NCBI GenBank assembly: GCA_951406725.2
Contig: OX597819.1
Span: forward strand, 131,192,001-131,256,000
DNA: 64,000 nucleotides
DNA from: Octopus vulgaris
Lineage: Eukaryota
Reading direction: 5' to 3'
Part shown: in pieces, positions 1 through 12,920 of the stretch
Numbering within the stretch: position 1 is the first letter of the stretch
Layout: each line of letters opens with the position of its first letter
The notes under the pieces: model-generated
Told to the model about the DNA's origin: nothing
The model's input: only the letters and a program-made list of their open reading frames with translations
The model's database searches: none
Program-made: the position numbers and the translations under genes

Positions 1-199
1 GTGTGATAAGGCTGGCCCTTTGAAATACAAGTACAACTCCTTTTGGCCACCTGAGTGGACTGGAGCAACATGAAATAAAATGTCTTGCTCAAGGACATAG
101 TGCATCAGCAAGAATTGAACTCACGACCTTACAATCATGAATGAAATGCCCTAACCACTAAGCCACGTGTCTTCACTATATATATATAACTTGGAATTG

Positions 200-1017
200 T
201 TATGAAAGGCATTTTAAATTTTTTGAACAATTCCACAAAAATGCCTTCATTGCATTTTAAAAATTAAATGGAGTTCTTTTACTCCAAACACAGATGTCCT
301 TGCATCTGCAGGCATCACCTCAATTAAAGCTATGATTTTTGAGAAACCAAATGAGATGGTGTGGCCATATTGTTCAAATGTCAGATGAGCGCATGCCGAA
401 ACAGCTGTTTTATGGTGAGATTGCAAAGGGGAAACGCTATCGGCGTAAACCTAAAAAAAGGTTTAAAGATGGCATAAGGACTACTATGAAGTCACTTGGA
501 ATGGATCCAGAATACATAGAAACCCTGATCGAGTTGGATGGCGAACAAAAGTGTGGAGTGGAGGGAAAGCATTTGAAGAGGTCAGGATAACACTTGTAAG
601 ACTTAAAAGAGATCTAAGGAAGAATGTAACAATGGAGAAGGTGAATGGCAGTGACCTTTTTGTGTGCAGAGTCTGTGACAGACCATACCTGTCTTTTGCT
701 GGCTCAAATCTCATTTGTGAACCCATGGAAAACGAACCTCCACCAACTATTCTGCCTATAATGCCTGTGCACACCTTTGAATGTAGTGTATTCCAGAAGG
801 TTTGCAAATCCAATGGACACCTCAAAAGACATTTTAAGATCCACAAAGATCAGAACCTATCTGCAGGTCTTGGTGGTCCAAATCGGATGTGCAATCTGTG
901 TGGGTGTCTTTTCTGAACATTGTCTGGTTTACAAAGCCACATCAGACGCCATGCTGGTGCTAAGGTGTAGGTACAGGAGGTCAAATTCTGCATAAGGAAT
1001 AGACAACCACCAACCAC
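200..1017 (+). mobile_element. 5'-truncated, decayed RTE-clade LINE 3' end with C-terminal C2H2 zinc-finger remnants
   Basis: Translations give RWCGHIVQMSDERMPKQLFYGEI..GKR..KPKKRFKD, a typical RTE post-RT C-terminus, followed by FVCRVCDR, FECSVFQKVCKSNGHLKRHFKIH and CNLCG..SHIRRH. Frameshifts and stops are present. Confidence 0.8.
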
Positions 1018-1024
1018 TATATAT

Positions 1025-1068
<44 letters not shown>

Positions 1069-1617
1069 TACACACACACACATATGAGTGGCTGTGTGGT
1101 CAGACGTTTGCTTTTCAATCCTACAGTTTCTGATTCAGTACCACCGCACAACACCTTGGGCAAGAGTCTCCCGAATACACACACACTGAAGGGAGGCTGA
1201 CAAAAAAAGGGACTTCGCATGAAGCAGATGGGGAGGAATAGTTCACTAGTAAGAGTACATGTAAAAAATAATTTTTTTTAAATCTTAGAGAGCTCCCTAG
1301 AAGTAGTCCTTTTTTTCTGTTACTCAGAGTAACCTAATGAGCAGTGGTGGAGTAGATTCTGGAAACATAGCAGGTGGAATAAGAACAAGGTAGTCAAAGT
1401 TCAGTGGGGGCTTTAACCCTTCCCTGGCAATGAAGGGATCTTCTCTGCAAATAAAGAAACGCAAAACGTTTTGCTTGCTGAATGAAACCTGGTCATTGAA
1501 TGAGGTGGATGTGTAAAAGGTTGGAAAGAGATGATGTGAGTACAAGCTGCTGGGTGTGCAAGGTTAATAAATGTATAAATGACGATGCGAAAATTGAGAT
1601 GGGGAAAAAAAATAATA

Positions 1618-2040
1618 GGCGCAGGAGTGGCTGTGTGGTAAGTAGCTTGCTTACCAACCACATGGTTCCGGGTTCAGTCCCACTGTGTGGCCCCTTGGGC
1701 AAGTGTCTTCTGCTATAGCCCCGGGCCGATCAAAGCCTTGTGAGTGGATTTGGTAAACGGAAACTGAAAGAAGCCTGTCGTATATATGTATATATATATA
1801 TAAGTGTGTGTGTATGTGTTTGTGTGTCTGTGTTTGTCCCCCTAGCATTGCTTGACAACCGATGCTGGTGTGTTTATGTCCCCCGTCACTTAGCGGTTCG
1901 GCAAAAGAGACCGATAGAATAAGTACTGGGCTTACAAAGAATAAGTCCCGGGGTCGATTTGCTCGACTAAAGGCGGTGCTCCAGCATGGCCGCAGTCAAA
2001 TGACTGAAACAAGTAAAAGAGTAAAAGAGAGTATAGAGTA
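1618..2040 (+). mobile_element. tRNA-derived SINE, family A (full length)
   Basis: Head GGCGCAGGAGTGGCTGTGTGGTAAG...GGTTCAGTCCC with pol III A/B-box-like motifs, internal (TA)(TG) microsatellite, and tail ACTGAAACAAGTAAAAGAG. More than ten copies in the window. Confidence 0.85.
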
Positions 2041-2258
2041 ATCTGGGTATAAGAATCAATAGGATTTCGTGTGCCAGAGGGAAGTGTTGTGCTGGAATAA
2101 ATGTGTGATGTGAATGGAAGACAATATTTGAGTAAAGCAGTCCTGAACAATTCGTGTAATTCGTGTGGATGGAACTTGTTGTTGAAGTAAGTCTGCATAT
2201 AACATCTCAAGGTACATGGGTTGTTTTTTTTATCTCTGATGAAATTATGCTCATGTCA

Positions 2259-2605
2259 CATCATCATCATCATCATCATCATCATCGTTTAACGTCCGCT
2301 TTCCATGCTAGCATGGGTTGGACGGTTCAACTGGGGTCTGGGAAGCCCGAAGGCTGCACCAGGCTCCAGTCTGATCTGGCAGTGTTTCTACAGCTGGATG
2401 CCCTTCCTAACGCCAACCACTCCGTGAGTGTAGTGGGTACTTTTTATGTGCCACCGACATAGGTGCCAGATGAGGCTGGCGAACGGCCATGCTTGGATGG
2501 TGTTTTTTAGGTGCCACCAGCACGGAGGCCAGGCGAGGCTGGCACGGCCTCGATCGGATGGTGTTTGTTACGTGCCACCAGCACGGAAGCCAGTCGATGC
2601 GGTGA
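2259..2605 (-). mobile_element. SINE-like repeat, family B, with (GAT)n tail
   Basis: (CAT)n followed by CGTTTAACGTCCGCTTTCCATGCTAGCATGGG...GGATGCCCTTCCTAACGCCAACCAC. Recurs more than a dozen times. Confidence 0.8.
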
Positions 2606-2900
2606 GGCTCATGTCACATAAATGCAAATTTAATGTACAAATTTGTAATTAAATTGAGTATTAATTGAAATAACTGTAAGAAGCAAAGATGACCAATTCG
2701 TTAATAATAATTAATAATTAACTTCCTTATCTCCATTTTCTTTTCTTCTTTTAACTGGATACAAACTTTATGCTTAATATAAACTTATTGTTTTAAGGGA
2801 ATTTCATTCCCCAACAGTACTAAATATTGAACCAGTATTTCCTCAGATGCAAGCATCCCTTCACGAGGTTAACATATCCTCTAATTAAATTTAAATATAT

Positions 2901-3227
2901 GCCGGTGGCACGTAAAAAGCACCATCCGTTCATGGCTGTTGCCAGCGCCGCCCCAACTGGCCTCGTGCCGGTGGCATGTAAAAAGCGCCATCCGTTCGTG
3001 GCCATTTGCCAGCCTCATCTGGCACCTGTGCTGGTGGCACGTAAAAAGCACCCACTACACTCACGGAGTGGTTGGCGTTAGAAAGGGCATCCAACCATAG
3101 AAACATTGCCAGATCAAACTGGGCCTGGTGCAGCCTTCGGGCTTCCCAGACCCCAGTTGAACCGTCCAACCCATACTAGCATGGAAAGCGGACGCTAAAC
3201 GATGATGATGAAGATGATGATGATGAT
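2901..3227 (+). mobile_element. SINE-like repeat, family B
   Basis: GTGGCACGTAAAAAGCACC repeats, AAGGGCATCCA core and (GAT)n tail. Confidence 0.8.
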
Positions 3228-3427
3228 ATATATCTGAAAGGGAGTTTAGAGGGATATATTACCTGGGTGGATACCATGTTGTCTCTCAGTTAAGTTCCAA
3301 TTAGCAGCTGACCACTACAATCAGTATTTAACATCTGTGACTGCAATTTGTTGCTTGTCACTCCATGAATTCTTCCGATGGTTAATTCCATGTATGCTTC
3401 GCTGGACAGTAAAAATTTCCTGAAGTA

Positions 3428-3822
3428 TATATTATTGTTATCAATAATAATGTGTCTGGAGACTTGTACATCCAGAACATGTATTTTATATTTATATACA
3501 GCATGTTATAATAACCTACATGTGTTTCCACTAATGTAACTACTCACTGTCGCATCATTATCGGTGCAACTTCATCAGGCTCCGTCCGTGCCTATAAATA
3601 GCAATCATCCCCCACCTCCCCACAGAACACCAACAAAAATTTACTTCACTCAGTCCCCTTCAAGGATGACCAAATGGATGGACCCTGATGAAGCTGCACT
3701 GACAATAATGTAAGGTTGCGTTTGTAACGATGAGTAGTTGGTGCTGCAGAAACATGTATATAACCATAAAATAAATTTTGTAGATGTTCAAGTCTCCATA
3801 CTCTTTATTACTAATAATTATA
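3428..3822. mobile_element. Diverged inverted-repeat element with a hammerhead-like motif in each arm (PLE pLTR-like)
   Basis: Arms share GGAGACTTG.ACATC and CATTAT..GTGCA.CTTCATCAGG. Plus strand: CTGATGA 3685-3691 and GAAACATGTA 3749-3758. Minus strand: CTGATGA 3572-3578 and GAAAC 3524-3528. Confidence 0.55.
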
Positions 3823-3996
3823 TGTATAAGATATATATATAAAGATTATGAGTTAGAAGTTATGCAACCAAATAAGTGATAAATGTATCCGTAGGCACTA
3901 CAGGTGTATTACCTCACTATGTATAGGCCTTGCTATAAGGTTAAGTGTAATACCAATGATCAACTTCTAATTGTAAATTCTTACTCCATTTCTTTT

Positions 3997-4408
<412 letters not shown>

Positions 4409-6991
4409 TATATATGTATGTATGTATGTGTCAGGTCACTTTCAAGTGCTACTGATAACATATAACCCAGTACAACCTGTTGCATGGTCGGGTCGTCGGC
4501 GACTAAACCAGCAACCCCACCAAGCTTGCTTGGTGAGGAGAGTGTTTATTGGACACCCTGCGGGATGAAAAACAAGACCCGTCAAAGGGTGGAGGAACTC
4601 TTGAGAGTGAACGGCCATCCAATAAATGTCTTAAGGCTGTATCATGCGCGGGGACATAGAAATAATCAGACTGAATACCCGATCGCGCGGTTAAACCATT
4701 GGGAGTGAAGGACTCCTAGTCTTTGATAGGGCATCCTTTTCGGAGAAGGTAACTCACGTAACTGGGATAACTCCAACATAAAACCTGCGGCTCAGTGGTT
4801 ACCGATGATGTTGACTTGTTCTTCTTTTCGGATTATGGCTGCTGTTGCTTAGTGAGTGGGATTGACTTTGTGCACAGCCTTTCCTCACTTTAAAAAAATC
4901 TTCTTGCACAAGCATTGCACGATAACAGCATTGATTAAGCTTCGTGCAATGGCCATACTCGATAACGAGGGGGCAGCCACCATGTATGTGTGTGTGTGTG
5001 TGTGTGTGTGTATGTATTGCTAGCATAGAAGGTAGATGTTATTGATGATGATGATATATATATGTATATTGACAAGATAAATATTTTTATATATATACAG
5101 CAGATATCTCAAAAGTAAATAGATACCATCATTTTTGAAAGATTTATTTCTAGAAACAAAATGATGTATTTAAATACTTAATCTAGTATTTAGTAGACAT
5201 GCCTTGTGCCATTTTTAATGATTTATTCTGTTAGTGTCCACACAAATGAAACTTAACGAAAGCTGTCGTTTTACTTTAGAAATATGTGTTTGTGTGTGTT
5301 TGTTCTTGAAGTACATCATCATCATCATCATCATCATTTAGCATCTGTTTTCCACACTGGCATGGGTTGGATGGTTTGACAGGAGCTAGAATGCTGGAGG
5401 GCTGCACCAAACCCCATTCGTCTGCTTTGGTATGGTTTCTACAGCTGGATGCCCTCCCTGCTGCCAACCATTTCACAGAGTGCACCAGGGGCTTTCCACA
5501 TAATGCTAGCAATGGTGCTTTTATTACATGGCATCAGCACAGGTGCTATCATGTGGCACTGGCACAGGCGCCCTTCATGTCGTGCCAGCACAGGTGTTTT
5601 CTGCATGGCACCAGCATGGGTGCTTTTTATGTGGTGCCAGTACAGGTGCTTGACCCTATCTAGCTTGACATGTTTTCTCAAGCACAGTAAATTGCCAGGG
5701 GTTTCAGTCCCTAGTCATCTCCTCAGTGAGGTTCAACATCTAAAAATCATTTCTCACCATTTCATCCCACTTCTTCCTAAGTCTATTCCTTCCACAGGTT
5801 CCCTCCACAATTAGAAATCGGCACTTCTTTATGCAACACTTCTTTATATATATAAAGCTATAACTAACATTATGTAAATATCGGGTTAGAAATACCATTG
5901 TATGCACCTTAATACCATTGTATGCACCCCAACAATCAGAATATATGGTTGTACCACCTGACTGGCCCTCGCGCTGGTGGCACGTAAAAGCACCCACTAC
6001 ACTCTTGGAGTGGTTGGCGTTAAGAAGGGCATCCAGCTGTAGAAACTCTGCCAGATCAAGATTGGAGCCTGGTGCAGCCATCTGGTTTGCCAGTCTTAAG
6101 TCAAATCGTCCAACCCAGTCTAGCATGGAAAGCGGACGTTAAACAACGATGATGATGATGATGAAAACCGCTTTTGGATAGAAACAAGCAAAGGCTGCCT
6201 GGAACATAATCCCACACTTGTAGACATGACATGTGTGTGTGTGTGAGTTCATATTTCCCCTTGTCTTTACATGCATTTGCTGATGGTAAGCAACAGCCTC
6301 GCTGTTGTCACGAGGTGTCCTTTGTTGTAATCAACTGTGCAAACACGCTCATGTTTCTGAACATGTCTTGACACGTTCTACAGTCTTTGTAAAGAAAAGG
6401 TTCATTGAAATGGTTTCATTTCTTTCCAGTTCACTGTGTAACTGCCGTCTGCTATTTGTTGTTCGATATCCTCGGGGATTCTTACGTTGCTTGGAAAAGA
6501 TAAAGATTGGCAACAGGAACAGCGTCCTGCTAGAGGAAATCTCACCTGATCAACTTCCAGCTGACTCAAGCAAGCATGGAAAAAAGGATGGTGATATATT
6601 TGTCTTTGTGTGATATACATAGTTGAGTGGTAAAGAAGCTTGCTCTCAACCATGTGGTTCTGGGTTCAGTCCTATTGCATGGCACCTTGGGAAAGCATCT
6701 TATAGCCTTGTGAGTGGATTTGGTACATAGAAACTGAAAGGAGTCTGTCGTGTGTGTGTGTGTGTGTTTGTCCCCACCGCTTTTAGATAACCTGTGTTGG
6801 TTTGTTTGTATCCATGTAACTTAGCAGTTTGGCAAAATAGGCCGATAGAATAAGTATCAGGCTTTAAAAAAATAAGTAGTGGGGTCAATTTGTTTGACTA
6901 AAATTCTTCAAGGCAATGCCCCACCATGGCTACCGTCTAATGAAAGAAACGAGTAAATGGTAGAAGTTATATGGGATATATATGTGTGTGA

Positions 6992-7047
<56 letters not shown>

Positions 7048-7131
7048 GATAGATAGATTCGGATGAATTTGGTACTTAAGTCAAAGGCACCAGAATTTTC
7101 TATGGTATTATCCATATAAATCCATGGGGTG

Positions 7132-7175
<44 letters not shown>

Positions 7176-7571
7176 GGATATATATGTGTGTGTGTAATAT
7201 ATATATATATATGAAAGGTATCTGTAACCAGAACACCCAAAGTACACTGTTATATCTTGAGTTAGCTAGTAATAGCAATACTCCAAATATAATACAGACT
7301 GGAGTTGTAGTGCCCCAAATGAGCTGTATTCCACTCCTTTATTTGAAGGGAGGCAATGCGAGCAGGAACTAAAGGAACATTACTAAGATCCACACTCAAA
7401 GACCAAATACATACATATATTCATATATTCATTTATATCTACAGTGCGGATATAAAATCCGACATATATAAATATCATTATATATATAAATAGATAAAAA
7501 TCATATAATATATATAAATATATAAGAATCAGTGTTACGTACAAAACACAGTGAATTTACACTTAAAGTTA

Positions 7572-7955
7572 TAGTGAGGTTGTGTGCTGTCTGTCTCCTA
7601 CGATTTAGATTCCTAACTACTCCCACATTTTGCGGTGCAGTTTAACCAAAACCAGGTATCTTATAGTCATGATTCATATCGAGCCCTTCTGGGTATTAAC
7701 GCGCGTCTACGATGAGTCTACGATTTAAAAAAAATTTACCATCATTTTTTCCCATTTTTAATGCATTTTTTTGCTATTATATAAGGGAAGTAACTCTCTA
7801 AAAATGTATTATTAAATCTCAGAACGTAAAAAGCTACAGTAACACCCCATTTTGTGGTTAGCCATATTGAGATGGCTATTATACTTTACCTATCTAAAAA
7901 TTCTTATATAGTTATTTCCCTTACAAACCCGAGCAACGCCAGGCGATACTGCTAG
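7572..7955 (+). mobile_element. Non-autonomous Helitron-like element (5' end lost)
   Basis: 3' GC-rich hairpin CCCGAGCAACGCCAGG followed by CTAG|T. The body matches the copy at 43368-43665. Confidence 0.7.
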
Positions 7956-8257
7956 TATAAATATATAAGAATCAGTGTAACATACAAAACACAGTGAATT
8001 TATGCTTGAAGTTATAAAAATTTGGGATAATAAAAGATATTAAAGGACATATTAAAATGACGTATTAAAATTCCAGAAAAAATACAAAAATACAGATAAA
8101 CAATTTTGTAATTTTTGTATTTTTTCTGTATTTTTTCTGAAATTTTAATACGTCATTTTAATATGTCCTTTAATATCTTTTATTATCCCAAATTTTTATA
8201 ACTTCAAGCATAAATTCACTGTGTTTTGTATGTAACACTGATTCTTATATATTTATA

Positions 8258-8550
8258 CTAGCAGTATCGCCTGGCGTTGCTCGGGTTTGTAAGGGAAATA
8301 ACTATATAAGCATTTTTAGAGAGTTACTTCCTTTATAGATGCCAATTACACTCCCTTCCCCACAGCTTCACGAGGGAGGGAAGGGGGTGAAGCAAACGGG
8401 TGCAGCTGTGAGCGTGGACGCCAACTCCGCCGCCATCGACACACGATGCATTTTATGCATTAAAATGGAATACCGCAAAATGTGGGAGGAGTTAGGAATC
8501 TAAATCGAAGGGGACAGACACTCACACAACTAGAGTTTTATATATATAGA
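8258..8550 (-). mobile_element. Non-autonomous Helitron-like element
   Basis: On the minus strand it starts A|TCTATATAT and ends with hairpin plus CTAG|T. AT target site, no TSD. Confidence 0.7.
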
Positions 8551-8778
8551 TATGGTTTTTATCTATTTATATATATAATGATATTTATATATGTCGGATT
8601 TTATATCCGTTCTGTAGATATAAATGAATATATGAATTTATGTATGTATTTGGTCTTTGAGTGTGGATCTTAGTAATGTTCCTTTAGTTCCTGCTCGCAT
8701 TGCCTCAGCTCAAATTAAGAAGTGGTATATACATATATGTATGTATATATGTAAAGAAAGAACACAAATAGGTTAAGG

Positions 8779-8818
8779 TTCACTACAGCTGTTTCAGACA
8801 CATTAAAATTCAGGTGAA
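8779..8818 (-). ncRNA. Decayed minimal hammerhead ribozyme motif
   Basis: Minus strand reads TTCAC-CTGAATT..-GAAAC-AGCT-GTA-GTGAA. Stem I (TTCAC/GTGAA) and stem III are intact; G8/A9 and stem II are damaged. Confidence 0.45.
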
Positions 8819-9057
8819 TTAAAAACTTGAAAGTTAAAATTTGGTTTGGAAAATATGATAATGTGGAATGTCTGTTGACCCACTGATTTTGGCTACAAGT
8901 GTGTTAGGACTTGTTCGTATATACATTGGTATATGTGTGAGTGTCATTATACAGTACATACACAGCTAAGCTAATCTTGACCATAAATTGGTGTCCTTGT
9001 TTTTAAAGCACCTTGATTCAAATGAATCCTGCAAATAATTAATAATAATAATAATAA

Positions 9058-9500
9058 TCCTTTCTACTAAAGGCACAAGGCCTGGCATTTTGGGGGAGGG
9101 AGACCAGTCGATTAAATCAACCCCAGCGTTTCACTGGCACTTAATTTATCAACCCCAAAAGGATGAAAGGCAAAGTCAGCCTTGTTGGAATTTGAACTCA
9201 GAACGTAAAGACAGACGAAATGCCACTAAGCATTTTGCCCATCATGCTAACAATTCTGCCAGCTCGCAGAATTGTAACTGTAATAATGGTTTCAAATTTG
9301 GCCTCAAGGGTAGCAAGTTTGGGGGACGGGATGAGTGGATTACCTTGACCCCAGTGTTCAGCTGGTACTTATTTTATCGACCCCAAGAGGATGAAAGACA
9401 AAGTCAACCTTGGTGGAATTTGAACTTGGTACATAGTAACAGGCAAAATACCACTATTCATTTCATCCAGCACACTAACAATTCTGCCAACTTACTGCCT
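9058..9500 (-). mobile_element. Two tandem Nin/Deu-domain-like SINE copies (family C)
   Basis: Reverse complement of TTCAAATTCC..GGT.GACTTTGCCTTTCATCCTTT.GGGGT.GATAAA..AGTACCAG, present twice. Confidence 0.7.
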
Positions 9501-9632
9501 TAATAATAATGATGATGATAATAATAATAATAATGATAATAATAATAATAATAATGATAATAATAATAATGATAATAATAATAATAATAATCGTAATCAT
9601 TATCATCATCATCATTATCATTATTATTATTA
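9501..9632. repeat. (TAA/TGA)n microsatellite at the 3' end of the R4/Dong-like LINE
   Basis: Directly visible ATA/ATG/ATC triplet repeats. Confidence 0.9.
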
Positions 9633-12062
9633 TATGTTTGACTTTTGCTTTGTCTTTGTACAAGTTGGCTCCAAGTGTCACCTCAAGAAACAACAAGTTA
9701 GAAGTTCCTGTTGGTGTTATGCCTAGGGCGTCATATATTTTGGTTTTGCACAAAGTATTGTTCTAGAGAATGTTTAAGAAACCATAAGAAAATTATGAGT
9801 TTGTTTTAAACTTTGAGATTACATAGAAAGTATTTTACGTAGGATATGAGCAGTTCCCATGAGAACTATCTTTTGAATTTCTGCCATTTTGGGGTTTCCT
9901 GGTATTGGAGCTAGGTAGCAATTAGCCCCTTTTGCTATCATTTCTAGGGAACCTATGACAACAGGTATTGTTTTAGCCTTGAGGTTCCACATTTTACCAA
10001 TTTCTATTTCAAGATCTTTATATTTGCTCAGTTTTTGGTAGGTCTTGACAGATACATCTATATCAATTGGGACAGTCATATCAACGAGGAGGCATGATTT
10101 TTGTCTGAAGTCTTTTAATATAATGTCTAGCCTATTCCATCAGTTTGAACGGTGAAGTTCCAGAGGAGTGAGATGTGATCATTTTCAAGCACTGGAGGTG
10201 GTTTGTGTTCCCACCAGTTTTTATTATAGGGTAGGTCCAGGTTTTTGCAAGTTACTCAGTGAATATATTGTGCTGCTCTATCATGCCTGTTGAGGTACTC
10301 TGTAGGCGCAAGAAGACTGCACATAGAGACATGATCAATGGTTTCATTTTGTTTTTGATATACATGACATGTTGGGCAGCTGTAGTTTCTTGTAGGTAGG
10401 CATTGATCTTGAGCTGCTATGATAAACCCTTCTGTTTCTGATTTTAAGCCAGTAGCCACTAACCATTGATGGGTGAGGGCTATGTCAACATTGGCACTAT
10501 TAGTTCTCTTTGGGTATTTACCATTGAGAGGTTTTTATTGCCATTTATCAGTAAGAATATCTAAGGCAGCAGTTTTAGCATGGGTTTTCATATGCTTAGT
10601 TTTTTCTGTGCTTGTTCCTAGTTCATCTAATTCCAGAATTTGTTGTATTTGGAATTCACTTAGATATTCTTTTGCCTGTTTTGTTACTGAGTATGATGTT
10701 TTCTTGTTTTTGTGCTTTAAGACAAGTTTTAACATCCAGTCATCAGAGTTTTTCTGGTAAATATCTAAACCAATTGTGTCAGTCTTCATTGTTAATTCAA
10801 GCTGTAAAAGTCCGCGGCCACCCACTTTACTTGTTAGGTAAAATCGTTCTATATCTGCCTTAGGGTAGGGAATTCTATGCATTGTCAACAATTTTCATAT
10901 TTTTTTGTCATGGTTACATATATTTCAGTAATGACCAGTTAATAATATTGAAACTGTAAGTCGCGACCGGTATGGCTATAGTATTGATCGCTTCGATCCT
11001 GTTTCTTGCTTTCAGCTCTACCTTGAGTATTGCCCTTACCCTGCGATAACATCCTTTTCTGATCCTTTCCAGCATCATTGAATGTTTGATTCCATCCCCT
11101 CAAATACCCCTATGTCTTTGTTGCTCTCCGCTGGTTTTAACACCTTTATGACATTCTGCTGGTCAAGATTAACGTTGGATGTTTCTGTCATTTTTCCTTT
11201 GATAAAGGTAGCTTTTGCACATTTATCGAGGCCAAATTGCACCCTGATGTCATCACGGAATTGTTTAACAATTGCTAATATGCTCTGTAGTTGTTGGTCA
11301 TTTTTGGCAAAGAGCTTTAAATCATCCATGTAAAAGAAGATGATTTATATTTTTATCAAGCATTTTATAACCGTATTATACACCATTGAGCAATTTTGAG
11401 AGAGGTATTAAGGCTAGACAAAAGAGGAGTGGTGATAGAGAGTCACCCTAGAAAATGCCACATGAAAGTCTTACATCTCCAGCATTAAGAGATTCATTGT
11501 TGGCAGAGTAGGTGCTGTTTCATACATTTCCAGGCATTTCTTATTCCAGTTATGTGGTAGACTATCAAAAACCTTTTTATAGTCTATCCAGGCTATTGAC
11601 AAGTTTTTGCGTCATCGTTTGTGACAATCTTCCAAGATCATCTTACTGATGAATTTCTGATCTTTACAACCATAGGACACATGTTTACACCCTTTTTGCT
11701 CATTTGAGAATATGCCACTTTCTATTAAAAAAACTATAGGTATATTCAGTCAAGACAGATGGTAGCATTTTATACATTGTTCTTAAGCAGGTTATGGGTC
11801 TATAATGTTTTGGTTCATTTATTTCTTCATTTTTTGAAAGTAGGAATGTTTCACCATTAACTAGCCTAGAGGGAATCATACTAGGTTGTTGCAAAACATT
11901 GTTGTAAAGTTTTGTTAGCAGTTCATGGCTTTCTGGGAAGGCATTCAACCAGGAGTTAAGAATTTTATCCTTTCCTAGAGACTTCTATTTGCTTGACTCC
12001 CTGAGAGCAGATCTTACACCCTCTACCTTTATACCTTCCCACTTTGCTCATCTAAGGAGTCT
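9630..12062 (-). mobile_element. 5'-truncated, decayed R4/Dong-like non-LTR retrotransposon (RT, CCHC knuckle, restriction-like endonuclease)
   Basis: Fragments in the expected order: YRPITCL, FYMDDLKLFAK, GGRGL, ETEGFIIAAQDQ, ETIDHV.C..RHD, DMTVP..K.SKYKDL..IPVVIGSL. Both ends abut TAA-type repeats, the known Dong target. Confidence 0.85.
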
Positions 12063-12088
12063 AAGTATTATTAATATAATATAATATA

Positions 12089-12142
<54 letters not shown>

Positions 12143-12146
<4 letters not shown>

Positions 12147-12359
12147 GAGGTGCTAAAAAGTTCCTGGTTTTGATTAAAAGAAAATACAGGAGGATCAGTT
12201 AATTATGATTTTATTCAAGACATTCCGCTCTTAAATTCACATACTTATTGCAGCAGTCCTTCGGTTTTTCTTGACCCTGTAAAAGAACTCACAAGGCTGG
12301 GTTTCCAACCAGGCCTTTCACAATACCCTTAAATCCCGAAATTTTTCAGTACTCCCTCG
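12143..12359. mobile_element. mariner-derived MITE
   Basis: Degenerate TIRs GAAGAGGTGCTAAAAAGTTCC and TTTTTCAGTACTCCCTCG, inserted in a TA/TG tract. Confidence 0.5.
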
Positions 12360-12494
12360 TGTGTGTGTGTGTGCAACATGTGTATACAATTGCTTAATCA
12401 GGACTGACTTGAATGAAGCCACATCAGTAGTAACAACTATCGCCACCATTGTATAAATCCATAACCACAACTGATATCATCACCCCCCCCCCAC

Positions 12495-12706
12495 TTCTGC
12501 CACCACCACCACCACCACCACCATCGCTACACTAATCACAACTAAAACCATCACCGCAATTACCAGTGCTAGTCAAATGCATTATCACAACCGTTATTTA
12601 GGGCCAATAGACACAACCACAACTGATAACAGCACTAAAACAACCACAACTGCATCCACCACCACCACAGCTGCTGCTGCTACTACTACTACTACTACTG
12701 CTGCTG

Positions 12707-12784
<78 letters not shown>

Positions 12785-12920
12785 TTACATTATTGCCATT
12801 ATATAAATCCATAACCACAGCTGATAACTCCATCACTACCATTACAAACTACCACCATCACCACCACCATTACCACCGCCACCACCACCACCACCACCAC
12901 CACCACTACTACCATCACCA
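12495..12920. repeat. Compound trinucleotide low-complexity tract (CAC/TAC/TGC)
   Basis: Directly visible. Confidence 0.85.

Larger units (their letters stand above)
7326..8730. repeat. About 1.4 kb imperfect palindrome containing two oppositely oriented Helitron-like elements
   Basis: 7350-7505 is the reverse complement of 8550-8706, and about 7900-8085 is the near-perfect reverse complement of about 8125-8315. Confidence 0.9.

Noticed and set aside
1618-1690. tRNA-like heads at SINE 5' ends
   Set aside because: They have no complete cloverleaf and continue into SINE bodies, so they are not tRNA genes.
9475-9766. Poly-Ile ORFs resembling membrane proteins
   Set aside because: They come from the (ATA/ATT)n tract at the LINE 3' end.
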